From assembly GCA_001779115.1 (NCBI GenBank), contig MFJF01000005.1, positions 142,888 to 206,887 on the forward strand: DNA of 64,000 bases, read 5' to 3'. The position numbers and the translations under genes were made by a program. Shown piece after piece: positions 1 to 10,623 of the stretch (position 1 is the first letter of the stretch; each line of letters opens with the position of its first letter). The notes below the pieces were generated by a model. That model was given only the letters and a program-made list of their open reading frames with translations, did not search any database and had not been told where the DNA came from. Origin of the DNA: Candidatus Gottesmanbacteria bacterium RIFCSPHIGHO2_01_FULL_40_15 (GTDB taxonomy: Bacteria; Patescibacteriota; Microgenomatia; 2-02-FULL-39-11).

Positions 1-144
1 GCCTTTTTTTAAGCTTTATTTTTATTTTGTTTTTAATATTAAGACAACTGAAATTACTGACTCTTTTTAATTTTTCCATACTTTTCGCAATTTTTGTGCT
101 TTTGGAAATTTACAGAAAAAGGAACGGGTCAAAATAAATATTTA

Positions 145-960
145 CTACGGGATTTGGAATAACCGGCGGGCATTAGCTGAAGTTGTTTTAAGGGTTTGTT
201 TCAGTGGTAACCCTTGAAATAGAGCTACCTGCCGGGCAACAAGCGGTAAATAAGAAGGCTCATTTCTGGTTGTGCGGAATGGAACAGGAGTTAAAAAGGG
301 AGCATCCGTTTCCAAAAGCAGTCTGTCCGGAGGTGTTTCGGCTACGATTTTCCCCCATTTATTACCATAGGTTATATTGCCGTCAAAACCGACATAAAAA
401 CCCATTGAAACAACTTTTTTCAAATCGGATACCGTACCTGAGAAACAATGAAAAACACCGGTCAATTTTTTATTTTTATGTTTGAACGAAGATATGATTT
501 CCAACAGATCAGTAAATGCATCACGGCAGTGAATAATTACCGGTAAATGATGGCTTTGTGAAAGCTCAAGCTGTAATAACAAAAGTTCCTTTTGTTTTTT
601 TTTAATTTCCGCGGTTATTATATTGTCGGAATATCTGGTTTTTATGTACCTGAAATAATCAAGGCCGATTTCTCCGACCGCGATGACTTTTTTATTTTTA
701 ACAAGTTTTTCCAGATTATCTTTTAACTTACTGCCAACTGTAAGATTTTCATCCTGGGCATGATGAGGATGGATTCCGACAGCTGCATAACAACCGGAAA
801 ACCTATCGATAATTTCAACTGCTTTTTTACTGGATGAGATATCGGTACCGGGAATTATGATTGCTTTAACGCCCTTTTGATTGGCGCGGTTGATAACTTC
901 ACCCACATCTTTTTTAAAGGCTTTAAAATTTAGATGAGAGTGCGTGTCTATCATTTTCAA
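145..960 (-). CDS. tatD: TatD-family metal-dependent hydrolase (DNase)
   Basis: 271 aa. N-terminal IDTHSHL motif and the conserved His/Asp/Glu pattern of the TatD amidohydrolase fold. Overlaps metG by 4 bp, so an operon is likely. Confidence 0.85.
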   Translation of the reverse strand: MKMIDTHSHLNFKAFKKDVGEVINRANQKGVKAIIIPGTDISSSKKAVEIIDRFSGCYAAVGIHPHHAQDENLTVGSKLKDNLEKLVKNKKVIAVGEIGLDYFRYIKTRYSDNIITAEIKKKQKELLLLQLELSQSHHLPVIIHCRDAFTDLLEIISSFKHKNKKLTGVFHCFSGTVSDLKKVVSMGFYVGFDGNITYGNKWGKIVAETPPDRLLLETDAPFLTPVPFRTTRNEPSYLPLVARQVALFQGLPLKQTLKTTSANARRLFQIP

Positions 961-2411
961 CGGATTCTCGGATAAAGCGGAGGAGCAGATTTTATCTTCC
1001 TGCCTGAGAATAGCCCTATAATTTTTTCGGCAGTTTGGGGTAAAAAAGGCTGAAGATAAAAAGCGATTTCTCTTATCTTATTTACTGCCGGTTCAAGAAT
1101 TTCCTTCAATTCGGATTTATTTTTTATTGTCCAGGGCTTTTTATCATTAATAAAGCGGTCAAGAAACCTTATTTGGTTCCAAATTAATGACAGGGCTTCA
1201 TCAAAAGCGAAATTAGCCATTGCTTTTTCAAATTCAGTGGAAAATGGAAAGCTGTCCGCCGGCTTAAAACTGACATTCTCCGTTAGCCTGGTAATTCTGG
1301 CAATAAGATTTCCCAAACCATTAGCAAGATCGGCATTATACAACTGTTCAAATCTTGAGAAACTGAAATCCCCGTCACTATGCGAGGGTATTTCTCTCAG
1401 AAGGTAATAACGTAAGCTTTCCGAACCGTATTTATCAATAACTTCTAAGGGATCGATGACATTGCCCAGAGACTTACCCATCTTTTGCTGATTAACGGTT
1501 ATATACCCGTGAACTGAAATAGATTTCGGCAGGGGCAGTCCGGCTGATAAAAGCATTCCGATCCAATATACGGCATGAAAACGGAGGATTCCCTTCCCGA
1601 TAACATGGACATCAGCCGGCCACCACTTTTTCCACAGGGTATCGTCAATCCCGAAACCGGCGGCAGTCTGATAAATATTTAAAGCATCATACCAGGTATA
1701 GATAACCTGGCTATCGTCATCGGGCACCGGAATCCCCCAATTTTTTGCCCTGTCTTTTGAACGGGAAACGGAAAAATCAACAAGACCAGATTTAATAAAG
1801 GCCATTATTTCATTTTTCCTCTGCCGGGGAATTATTTTTATTTCATCCGAAGCTATTAACTTCTCAATCCGGCTTTTAAACCGGCTTAATTTGAAAAAAT
1901 AATTTTCTTCCTCAACCCATTCAGGAGGGGTTAAATGTTCCGGGCATTTTCCATCCTGTAATTGCTTTTTTGTATAATAATCTTCGCAACCGACACAGTA
2001 GAAGCCGCCGTACTTTTTTTTGTATAAATCGCCTTTTTCCATGGAAAGGCGCCAGAGTTTGCGGGTTCCCGGCCAATGAAGTTTTCTGTCCGATCCCCTT
2101 CTCCAGACATCAATTTGGATATTAAGTTTTTGAACAAGATCTCTAAAAAAGACTGTATTTTTATCGGCCAGCTGCCGGGGAGTAAGATTTTGAACTTGGG
2201 CGGCGCGGACAATTTTTAAGCCGTTTTCGTCAGATCCGGAAATCAGGAGAGTTTCAAAACCTTTTAATTTAGCGAATCGGGCGGCAGCATCGCATTGGAC
2301 AAATTCCAAAGCATGTCCCAGGTGGGGCCTGCCGTTAACGTAGGGAATTGCTGCAGTTATAAAAAACTTTTTGTCTGGCATAGGTTGTAAAAAGTCAACC
2401 AATCTTATCAC
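957..2411 (-). CDS. metG: Methionine--tRNA ligase
   Basis: 484 aa. Class I HIGH-type motif (GRPHLGHA), KMGKS (KMSKS) motif, CxxC...CPxH zinc knuckle and a MetRS-like anticodon-binding C-terminus. Confidence 0.9.
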   Translation of the reverse strand: MIRLVDFLQPMPDKKFFITAAIPYVNGRPHLGHALEFVQCDAAARFAKLKGFETLLISGSDENGLKIVRAAQVQNLTPRQLADKNTVFFRDLVQKLNIQIDVWRRGSDRKLHWPGTRKLWRLSMEKGDLYKKKYGGFYCVGCEDYYTKKQLQDGKCPEHLTPPEWVEEENYFFKLSRFKSRIEKLIASDEIKIIPRQRKNEIMAFIKSGLVDFSVSRSKDRAKNWGIPVPDDDSQVIYTWYDALNIYQTAAGFGIDDTLWKKWWPADVHVIGKGILRFHAVYWIGMLLSAGLPLPKSISVHGYITVNQQKMGKSLGNVIDPLEVIDKYGSESLRYYLLREIPSHSDGDFSFSRFEQLYNADLANGLGNLIARITRLTENVSFKPADSFPFSTEFEKAMANFAFDEALSLIWNQIRFLDRFINDKKPWTIKNKSELKEILEPAVNKIREIAFYLQPFLPQTAEKIIGLFSGRKIKSAPPLYPRIR

Positions 2412-2467
2412 AAAATAAACGGGATGTTTAAGAACTCTAATCGGAATATGCTAAAATAAGGCAAATT

Positions 2468-3952
2468 ATGGGCAGGTTAATTAACAGAAATCCCAATTTT
2501 TGGCATCGGTTATTTGAGATATCTTTTCCGCTTCTGACATGGCTAACGGTAACTCTGCCGCTCTGGCTTTCCCCTTTCCATCCGGCAGTAGTAGCCTATT
2601 TTCTTTTGACGTTTGCCGTTTATTTTTTCTATAAATCATTAACAGTGACCATCTATTCAACCTGGTCATACCTGAAACTGAGAAAAATGTCGCATATCAA
2701 CTGGAGTAAACTGGCTAAAACAGAAAAAGATTTTAAAAAACTATACCACGCGGTAATCATTACCAACTATAAGGAAAATACGGAAAAAGTAAGCCTTACT
2801 TTGGAAAAACTGGCTTTACAGGATTTTCCGAGAAAAAGAATGATTATTATTTTGGCTATGGAAAAAAGAGAAGGAGAAGAAGCCCAAAAACGGGCAAACA
2901 AACTCCTGACTAAATTCAAGAGTAGATTTCTTGAAATGGGAGTGACATTTCATCCGGTTTCAGGAAATGAAGTGGTCGGAAAAGCCAGTAATTCCGCCTG
3001 GGCAGCTAAATTCCTAAGTTATAGGATCAGGAAACTCGGTATCGATCCGGATTTTGTAACAGTAACTTCCTGTGATGCGGATTCCCTGATTCCTCCCAAA
3101 TACTTTTCCTACCTGTCATATTTGTTTTTAACCGATAAAGACAGGTATTACCATTTTTATTGGGCTCCGGTTCTTCTTTACAGTAATTTCTGGGAAGTAC
3201 CTTTACCGGTAAGGGTCCAGGCAACAATTTCTTCAATCATCAGACTTTCCGCCTTAGCCAAACCCAGTTCGCTGATTCAGATATCCACTTATTCGTTATC
3301 CCTGAAAATGCTCCAAAATATCGGATATTGGGATACAAATATTATTCCTGAAGACTGGCACATTTTCCTTCAGGCATTTTTTACGTACGGCGATAAGGTC
3401 AGAACTATGCCGATTTATCTTATTATTACGCGCGATGCGGTTAACAGTTATACTTTTTGGTCAACCATGAGATCAAGGTATGAACAGGAAAAGCGTTGGG
3501 CATGGGGAATTACGGACATCCCGTATGCCATATACAAGTTTTTTACCACCCCTCATATTCCTGTTCTGCCGAAATTATTCAGATTGATTTATGTTATGGA
3601 AACGCATCTCTTCTGGCCGACTTCATTTTTTCTTTTGACTTTGGGAGCTTATGCTTTACAACTGATTAATCCGGCATTTAACAGGACAGCACTGGGACAT
3701 AATCTGCCTAAACTTTCAGGACTTATTCTGACAATGACAACTTTATTTCTTTTGGTATTAATTGTAATTGACGCAAAATCCAGACCGAAAAGACCCGCCA
3801 GTATTTCGATAGCCAAGACACCGCTGCTTCTTTTCCAATGGATTTTATTACCGCTTGTTTCCTTCCTGTTATCAAGTCTTCCGGCACTTGAAGCTCATAC
3901 CCGGCTGCTTTTAGGCAAAAGATTGGAATATAAAGTAACGGAGAAAATATAA
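2468..3952 (+). CDS. Family-2 processive glycosyltransferase (cellulose/chitin/hyaluronan-synthase-like), integral membrane
   Basis: 494 aa. N- and C-terminal TM helices flank a GT-A domain with a DxD-like SCDADS motif and a QxxRW motif (QEKRW) typical of processive beta-glycan synthases. Confidence 0.65.
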   Translation: MGRLINRNPNFWHRLFEISFPLLTWLTVTLPLWLSPFHPAVVAYFLLTFAVYFFYKSLTVTIYSTWSYLKLRKMSHINWSKLAKTEKDFKKLYHAVIITNYKENTEKVSLTLEKLALQDFPRKRMIIILAMEKREGEEAQKRANKLLTKFKSRFLEMGVTFHPVSGNEVVGKASNSAWAAKFLSYRIRKLGIDPDFVTVTSCDADSLIPPKYFSYLSYLFLTDKDRYYHFYWAPVLLYSNFWEVPLPVRVQATISSIIRLSALAKPSSLIQISTYSLSLKMLQNIGYWDTNIIPEDWHIFLQAFFTYGDKVRTMPIYLIITRDAVNSYTFWSTMRSRYEQEKRWAWGITDIPYAIYKFFTTPHIPVLPKLFRLIYVMETHLFWPTSFFLLTLGAYALQLINPAFNRTALGHNLPKLSGLILTMTTLFLLVLIVIDAKSRPKRPASISIAKTPLLLFQWILLPLVSFLLSSLPALEAHTRLLLGKRLEYKVTEKI

Positions 3953-3984
3953 ATTATTGCCGATTAAATATTCATCAATTATAG

Positions 3985-5274
3985 ATGATAATTTCCATCT
4001 TAAACTTTATCATCTCTCATTCGCCTGTCTTTTATTTAACCCAGTCGGTATGGCGGGATGAAGCTTTTTCCTACTTCATGGCCAGACCGGGAACCATAAA
4101 AATTATTGCAGCCACGGCTAATGATTTCAATCCTCCGCTTTACTACATTTTGCTTCATTTCTGGATGTATTTGGCAGGACACTCGGAAGTATTTTTACGA
4201 CTGCTCTCGTTTATTTTTCATTTGACGGGGGTTTATTACATTCATTTATTGGGGAGAAAATTGTCGGGAAAAAGATTTGCCTTATTTTTGGCACTTTTTT
4301 ATCTTTTTAATCCCATGTTATTGTATTTTGCTTTTGAAATGCGCATGTATTCGCTGTATGCCCTGACAACCACGGCAACACTTTATTATTTTTACAGTAA
4401 AGACTGGAAAAGATACACCATTGCCAATATTTTAGGACTATATACCCATTCTTTTTTCATTCTGATTAATATATCGCTGGCAGCATATTTATTTATTTCA
4501 AAAAAAACAAGAAAAAATATCTTCAGAACTCTTTTTCCCGTACTTTTTTTCCTGCCCTGGATACCCATTTTAATTATCCAATTTATCAAATCAAAACAAT
4601 CATGGTTGTATCCGGTTGACTGGCAACTGATCAAATCGGTTTTGGGTAATTTATTTTTAGCTTATGAGGGAACACCCGGACATTTATGGAAATTCACTGC
4701 CCGGCTTTCAGCGGTCATAATTTTATTGATGTATCTGTCCCTCAAAAAAAGGAAGATTAAACCCGGGATATTTGTTCTGCCCGTTTTTATCCCCCTGATA
4801 TTAATATTGTCTTATTCCATATTAAGAAGGCCTGTTTATGTACACCGATATCTGATATTTATTACCGTATTTGAAATAATATCCGTGGCATTGGGAGTAG
4901 CGGCAATTCCAAATAAAAAAATCAGAAAGTTGATGGCATTTTTCTGTATTTTATTTGTTATTTATTTCAATTTTTATATTACACCTTTCAGGAAAAAAAC
5001 CGACTTCAAATCAACATTTAGTGAAATAAACAGAATGGCCAATGAAGGGGATTACGCTTATACGATGACACCGATAGCTTTTTTGGAATCGGCTTTTTAT
5101 TTTAAAAATCCCGGCAAAACATTCGTTTATAATCCCAAAAAAATACACATACCCGATTATATAGGCGTTAATGTTGTGTTTCCCGATATATCAAAAACTG
5201 ATTTTCCAACAGGTCCTTCAAGAGTGTTTTTAATAAAAGATGATGCCAGTTTTGAAGTAGTTATCCAACAATAA
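3985..5274 (+). CDS. GT-C family glycosyltransferase (ArnT/PMT-like, dolichyl/undecaprenyl-phosphate-sugar dependent)
   Basis: 429 aa polytopic membrane protein. N-terminal WRDEAFSY motif region resembles ArnT/PMT_2 (GT39/GT83) proteins. Immediately downstream of the GT2 gene. Confidence 0.55.
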   Translation: MIISILNFIISHSPVFYLTQSVWRDEAFSYFMARPGTIKIIAATANDFNPPLYYILLHFWMYLAGHSEVFLRLLSFIFHLTGVYYIHLLGRKLSGKRFALFLALFYLFNPMLLYFAFEMRMYSLYALTTTATLYYFYSKDWKRYTIANILGLYTHSFFILINISLAAYLFISKKTRKNIFRTLFPVLFFLPWIPILIIQFIKSKQSWLYPVDWQLIKSVLGNLFLAYEGTPGHLWKFTARLSAVIILLMYLSLKKRKIKPGIFVLPVFIPLILILSYSILRRPVYVHRYLIFITVFEIISVALGVAAIPNKKIRKLMAFFCILFVIYFNFYITPFRKKTDFKSTFSEINRMANEGDYAYTMTPIAFLESAFYFKNPGKTFVYNPKKIHIPDYIGVNVVFPDISKTDFPTGPSRVFLIKDDASFEVVIQQ

Positions 5275-5628
5275 ATGAAAGAAAGAATTAAAGAAGTATT
5301 AAGAGATAATATCATTAAGAAATCCTGCCAGGTTTTTCTGATTATTCTTGCCTTTTTTACTGCTACTTTGATCTGGAAATGGAAAAACTTACCTCCGGAA
5401 TTGCCACTTTTTTACTCGCTGCCAAGAAGTGAGGAACAACTGGCGTCTCCATATCATCTTCTTATTATAATTGCGGCAATAATAATTATTTTTTTATTGC
5501 ACTTTTTTATTTCAGTTCTTTTATACCGGAAAGAGTTACTTGCTTCCAGAATTCTCCTGATAAATGTTACTGTTATTATGACTGCTCTTTTTTTAACATC
5601 TTTAAAAATAATTTTTCTGATTACATAA
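5275..5628 (+). CDS. Small integral membrane protein (possibly GtrA-like)
   Basis: 117 aa with 3-4 predicted TM helices. Translationally abutted between the GT-C gene (stop 5274) and the MraY/WecA-like gene (start 5629). Function inferred only from context. Confidence 0.3.
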   Translation: MKERIKEVLRDNIIKKSCQVFLIILAFFTATLIWKWKNLPPELPLFYSLPRSEEQLASPYHLLIIIAAIIIIFLLHFFISVLLYRKELLASRILLINVTVIMTALFLTSLKIIFLIT

Positions 5629-6717
5629 ATGGTATTATCGATTTCGCTTTTAACCTTATCATCATTTATCATCAGTTTCTCGCTGGTACCTTTAACAATC
5701 TCTCTGGCCAGAAAATACAAGCTGGTTGATGATATCAGGAGCCGACCCCACCCGGCACATACCCATCGCGGCAGCATACCGCGCGCCGGCGGGATTCCGA
5801 TATTTATCGGAATATTTTTACCGATCCTTTTATTTCTTAAGATTAATCCCGCTATCACCGGTATAAGTTTGGGGGCTTTAATTCTAGTATTGACCGGAAT
5901 TTGGGATGACCGGCGTGACCGCTCACCCTATATCAGATTTTTGTTTAATTGCACAGCCGCTTTCGCCGTAATCATTGCCGGAGTTCAGATTCCATATATA
6001 ACCAATCCTATGGGAGGGATTTTACATTTTAACTTTCAAATATCCACAATAAATTTTGCCGGGATGTCATTTTCCATAACAATGGCACAAATTCTAGCTC
6101 TAATTTGGATCGTATGGACAACCAATATTGTCGGCTGGTCGGGAGGAGTTGACGGCCAATTACCCGGTTACGTAGCGATATCGGCTGTTGTTATAGGACT
6201 TTTATCCTTAAGATACATTGCTGATCCCAACCAATATTATGTTACTGCCCTGTCATTTTTAACCGCAGGAGCTTTTTTCGGGTTCCTGCCCTGGAATTTT
6301 TCCCCCCAGAAAATAATGCCCGGATACGGAGGCAAGACTCTGGCCGGTTTTATGCTATCGGTTCTGGCAATTTTATCCTATGCCAAATTCGGAACTGCGC
6401 TTCTGGTTTTGGCAGTACCGATGACTGACGCCGGTTTTATCATTTTTAAGAGAATTTTTACCGGAACATCTCCGGTGAAGGCAACTTCAGGCCATTTACA
6501 TCACCATCTTTTAAACCTAGGATGGAGTAAAAGTAAAATTGCCGTATTTTATTGGGGAATAAGTTTAATTGCCGGATTTCTTGCCTTAATTCTAAATCCC
6601 AGACAGAAATTATTTGCAGCTCTCCTGATTATAATAATAATATCAATGTTTATTCTGTGGATTAATTTTTTCAAAAAGCTGCCTGTTAAACATACCAGCG
6701 AAAATTCCGAGTTCTGA
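5629..6717 (+). CDS. Glycosyltransferase family 4, MraY/WecA-type polyprenyl-phosphate sugar-phosphate transferase
   Basis: 362 aa polytopic membrane protein. Cytoplasmic loop motifs of the MraY/WecA family (VDDIRS...HTHRGSIPRAGG, GIWDDRRD). Confidence 0.8.
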   Translation: MVLSISLLTLSSFIISFSLVPLTISLARKYKLVDDIRSRPHPAHTHRGSIPRAGGIPIFIGIFLPILLFLKINPAITGISLGALILVLTGIWDDRRDRSPYIRFLFNCTAAFAVIIAGVQIPYITNPMGGILHFNFQISTINFAGMSFSITMAQILALIWIVWTTNIVGWSGGVDGQLPGYVAISAVVIGLLSLRYIADPNQYYVTALSFLTAGAFFGFLPWNFSPQKIMPGYGGKTLAGFMLSVLAILSYAKFGTALLVLAVPMTDAGFIIFKRIFTGTSPVKATSGHLHHHLLNLGWSKSKIAVFYWGISLIAGFLALILNPRQKLFAALLIIIIISMFILWINFFKKLPVKHTSENSEF

Positions 6718-6724
6718 AATTACC

Positions 6725-7564
6725 TTACTCGACTTTATCGGCATAACGTCCTGAAATCCAACCTTCTTTACCCTCAGCATAAATGATTTTAATCCAGCCT
6801 GATTTTTCATCAAGGTACGGCACCTTATCGCCTGGTTTTAACTGGCCGACTTCGGTTGCCGAAATTGAAGCATCAAATCTGACCCGAAGAAAACCTGTCG
6901 GAGTTTCATTCACTAAAACGTATGGTTTTGATAACTGATCCCCTTCACCGGTTTGGGTATCAGTTTCCGGTGTCGGAGTGGGTGTTTCTAACTGTTCTCC
7001 GGACAGACTCAGTTGAAAATCTACATTTAAACGGTAATCCGGAACTGCTTTTACTCTGACAGTTCTGCCGATAAATCCGGTTGAAGTGACGGTGATGTCA
7101 TGCTCACCTTCGCTTATAGGAATATTTATAGGAGTTGCCCCTTTTTCCAAACCGTCAATTGATACCGAAGCGGCATCAGGTGTTGAAGAAACTGAAATTT
7201 CGATTTCATCATCACCGATTTTATCCAATGTGATAACTTCTCCTGATGTGGTCAGTTCACTTTGGCCTAATTCTTTTTTTATATAGGTAAGAGTTGACGG
7301 GTTAAGTGTTATTTTGTCCTGCCAAACCGAAGCGGATGATTGGGAATCATCAGGCACAAGTTTTATTACAAAAGAACCGGCAGGGTGACGGCTGTCTAAA
7401 GGTGTTTTTCCAATAAATTTTTCATCCAGATATATTCCGGCTACGGGAGTAGAAACTACTTTTAATCCGGCAACTGATGACTTACCGGCAAATATAAGCT
7501 TATAGAGAATATAGGCTATGGCTGCAAGAAATAAGACAATGACAAGAACAGTCTTCCTGCTCAT
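6725..7564 (-). CDS. Secreted/membrane-anchored PEGA-domain protein with C-terminal SH3b-like domain
   Basis: Start placed at the first in-frame ATG (MSRKTVLVIV..., signal anchor). The ORF track's TTG start at 7600 looks like an over-extension. Two PEGA-like repeats (VSTPVAGIYLDEKFIGKTPLD, VSIDGLEKGATPINIP) and a C-terminal SH3_3-like segment (GFLRVR...GWI..GRYADKV). Confidence 0.55.
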   Translation of the reverse strand: MSRKTVLVIVLFLAAIAYILYKLIFAGKSSVAGLKVVSTPVAGIYLDEKFIGKTPLDSRHPAGSFVIKLVPDDSQSSASVWQDKITLNPSTLTYIKKELGQSELTTSGEVITLDKIGDDEIEISVSSTPDAASVSIDGLEKGATPINIPISEGEHDITVTSTGFIGRTVRVKAVPDYRLNVDFQLSLSGEQLETPTPTPETDTQTGEGDQLSKPYVLVNETPTGFLRVRFDASISATEVGQLKPGDKVPYLDEKSGWIKIIYAEGKEGWISGRYADKVE

Positions 7565-7629
7565 AGACTTTATATTACATGAGAAGAACCTTATTTTCAA
7601 TCGAAATGAAGCAATTCCGACTTGATAAA

Positions 7630-7656
7630 TTAGCAGTCTATATACTAGACTGCTAA
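7630..7656. promoter_or_regulatory. Perfect CIRCE-like inverted repeat TTAGCAGTC-N9-GACTGCTAA (candidate HrcA operator)
   Basis: Read directly: 9-bp arms are exact reverse complements with a 9-bp spacer. It matches the CIRCE consensus TTAGCACTC-N9-GAGTGCTAA at 16/18 positions, and the two changes are symmetric. It lies 66 bp upstream of the PEGA/SH3 ATG and 116 bp downstream of the transposase stop. Confidence 0.45.
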
Positions 7657-7745
7657 TATAAAGTTGCCCTCCGTCTTCCCGGAGGACTTCAGAAGGATGT
7701 GAGACTATATGGCAATTTTAAGATTTGATCCGTTTTCAATGTTAT

Positions 7746-8469
7746 GGGGACGGGGGTAGATTTGAGCCTTGTTATATGCTAAAAGCCTTCATTTTTCTGT
7801 GCGTGGCAAATACTGGATTTCCAATGACATCATTATTATTTTTATACGGATCATATTCATCAAGATTTAGATTCATTCCATCCTTAATAAATTTGAGATA
7901 ATTTTCAATTCTGTTTCCCTTATCACCTAATAGGATGATAATTTTATTCATGTCTATTATCTTTCTTGAACTATTGTTTAAGTACTCTCTTAAACTGCTA
8001 TATTTATATTCTTCCGGGTTTTTGGTCATAGCCGATTTATACGGATTTAGGTGAATATATCTTGAAACTTCCAAAAAATAAGACTCTTTCTGAACAAGCT
8101 TACTTTTAAATCTATCTTGAAATAAAGGTCCCTGTCTATTGTATTTTTTATTGAAATATAGGGAATAACTTGTAAATAATCTCCCCATCAATTTAGCAAT
8201 TGGTGTTCTCTTTTCCTCAACCAGAAAATGATAGTGATTAGGCATTAAACAATAGGCATAAAAACACCAATCACCTTTCCGAAGAAGTCCATTTAATATT
8301 TCAAGCAATCTTTCATAATCTTTATCTTCATGAAATATTTGGTTTTTGTTAAGCCCCCTATTAAAAATGTGATAAAAACCTCCGGGAAATGTCAGTCTAG
8401 CTATTCTTGGCATTAATAATTTTATAGCACTTTTAAGCTGTCAATACAATATATTCTACCCCCGTCCCC
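7746..8469 (-). mobile_element. IS200/IS605-family (HUH Y1 transposase) element bounded by perfect 14-bp inverted repeats
   Basis: GGGGACGGGGGTAG (7746-7759) and its exact reverse complement CTACCCCCGTCCCC (8456-8469) flank the tnpA ORF. The element is 724 bp, the size of an IS200-type insertion, and sits between groEL and the PEGA gene. Confidence 0.55.
7772..8413 (-). CDS. tnpA: Y1 HUH transposase, IS200/IS605 TnpA / REP-associated tyrosine transposase (RAYT)-like
   Basis: 213 aa. HUH motif (LMPNHYHFLVEE) and the Transposase_17 signature RYIHLNP...EEYKYSS carrying the catalytic Tyr region. Confidence 0.8.
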   Translation of the reverse strand: MPRIARLTFPGGFYHIFNRGLNKNQIFHEDKDYERLLEILNGLLRKGDWCFYAYCLMPNHYHFLVEEKRTPIAKLMGRLFTSYSLYFNKKYNRQGPLFQDRFKSKLVQKESYFLEVSRYIHLNPYKSAMTKNPEEYKYSSLREYLNNSSRKIIDMNKIIILLGDKGNRIENYLKFIKDGMNLNLDEYDPYKNNNDVIGNPVFATHRKMKAFSI

Positions 8470-8479
8470 GATATACAAA

Positions 8480-8506
8480 GCCCCGAGAAAATCGGGGCTT
8501 TTTTTT
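8480..8506 (-). terminator. Intrinsic (bidirectional-type) terminator after groEL
   Basis: GCCCCGA-gaaaa-TCGGGGC hairpin 22 bp past the groEL stop. T8 run on the + strand; A-run before and a UUUGUAUAU tract after on the - strand. Confidence 0.5.
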
Positions 8507-8528
8507 GTTTTTGTAATGCTTTAGTTCT

Positions 8529-10175
<1,647 letters not shown>

Positions 10176-10220
10176 TTAAAATTTATTAACTTATTTTTAA
10201 CTTTTTTTTGTTCCCATTCT

Positions 10221-10523
10221 TCAGTCAATAACCGCGAGAATATCTTTTTGTTCGACAAGCAACCATTCTTCCTGTCCTACCCTAATTTCTGAGCCTCCCC
10301 ATTTTTTATAAACTACTTTCTGGCCGACTTTAACATTCATGGGGAGTTTTTTTCCGTCATCTGTGACTGCTCCTGAACCGACTGCCATTATTTGTCCTAT
10401 TTGGGGTTTTTCTTTAGCGGTTTCAGGAAGAACTATGCCGGAAGGTGTTTTGGCTTCCTCTTCAAGCGGTTTTACCAAAACATTATCCAAAAGGGGTTTA
10501 ATTGAAGACGCTTTAATATTCAT
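10221..10523 (-). CDS. groES: Co-chaperonin GroES (Cpn10)
   Basis: 100 aa. IKPLLDNVLVK...mobile loop...GKVVAVG-type Cpn10. Preceded by a GGAGGT RBS. Confidence 0.93.
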   Translation of the reverse strand: MNIKASSIKPLLDNVLVKPLEEEAKTPSGIVLPETAKEKPQIGQIMAVGSGAVTDDGKKLPMNVKVGQKVVYKKWGGSEIRVGQEEWLLVEQKDILAVID

Positions 10524-10556
10524 ATGGTTACCTCCATTTATTAAAATTTAAATAAT

Positions 10557-10583
10557 TTGGCACTTAATAAAGACGACTGCTAT
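10557..10583 (-). promoter_or_regulatory. Degenerate CIRCE-like element (aTAGCAgTC-N9-aAGTGCcAA on the - strand) at the groES promoter
   Basis: Matches 7/9 in each CIRCE half and abuts the -10 hexamer, the classical HrcA operator position. Same variant half-site (TAGCAGTC) as the perfect palindrome at 7630. Confidence 0.4.
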
Positions 10584-10610
10584 TTTATGAAATGGAAAAA
10601 TACTTGTCAA
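10582..10610 (-). promoter_or_regulatory. Sigma-70-type promoter of groESL (TTGACA-N17-TAAAAT)
   Basis: On the - strand: TTGACA (10610-10605), a 17-nt spacer, TAAAAT (10587-10582), about 50 nt upstream of the groES RBS. Confidence 0.5.
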
Positions 10611-10623
10611 GAGGTATATACGG

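Noticed and set aside
204-485. 93-aa + strand ORF overlapping tatD
   Set aside because: Embedded in the TatD-family CDS on the other strand. No motif or RBS. Judged spurious.
7746-8469. Interpreting GGGGACGGGGGTAG as a classical REP (self-palindromic) unit
   Set aside because: The 14-mer is not self-complementary. The two copies are inverted relative to each other, so they are described as terminal inverted repeats. Whether they recur genome-wide (REP-like) cannot be judged from one window.
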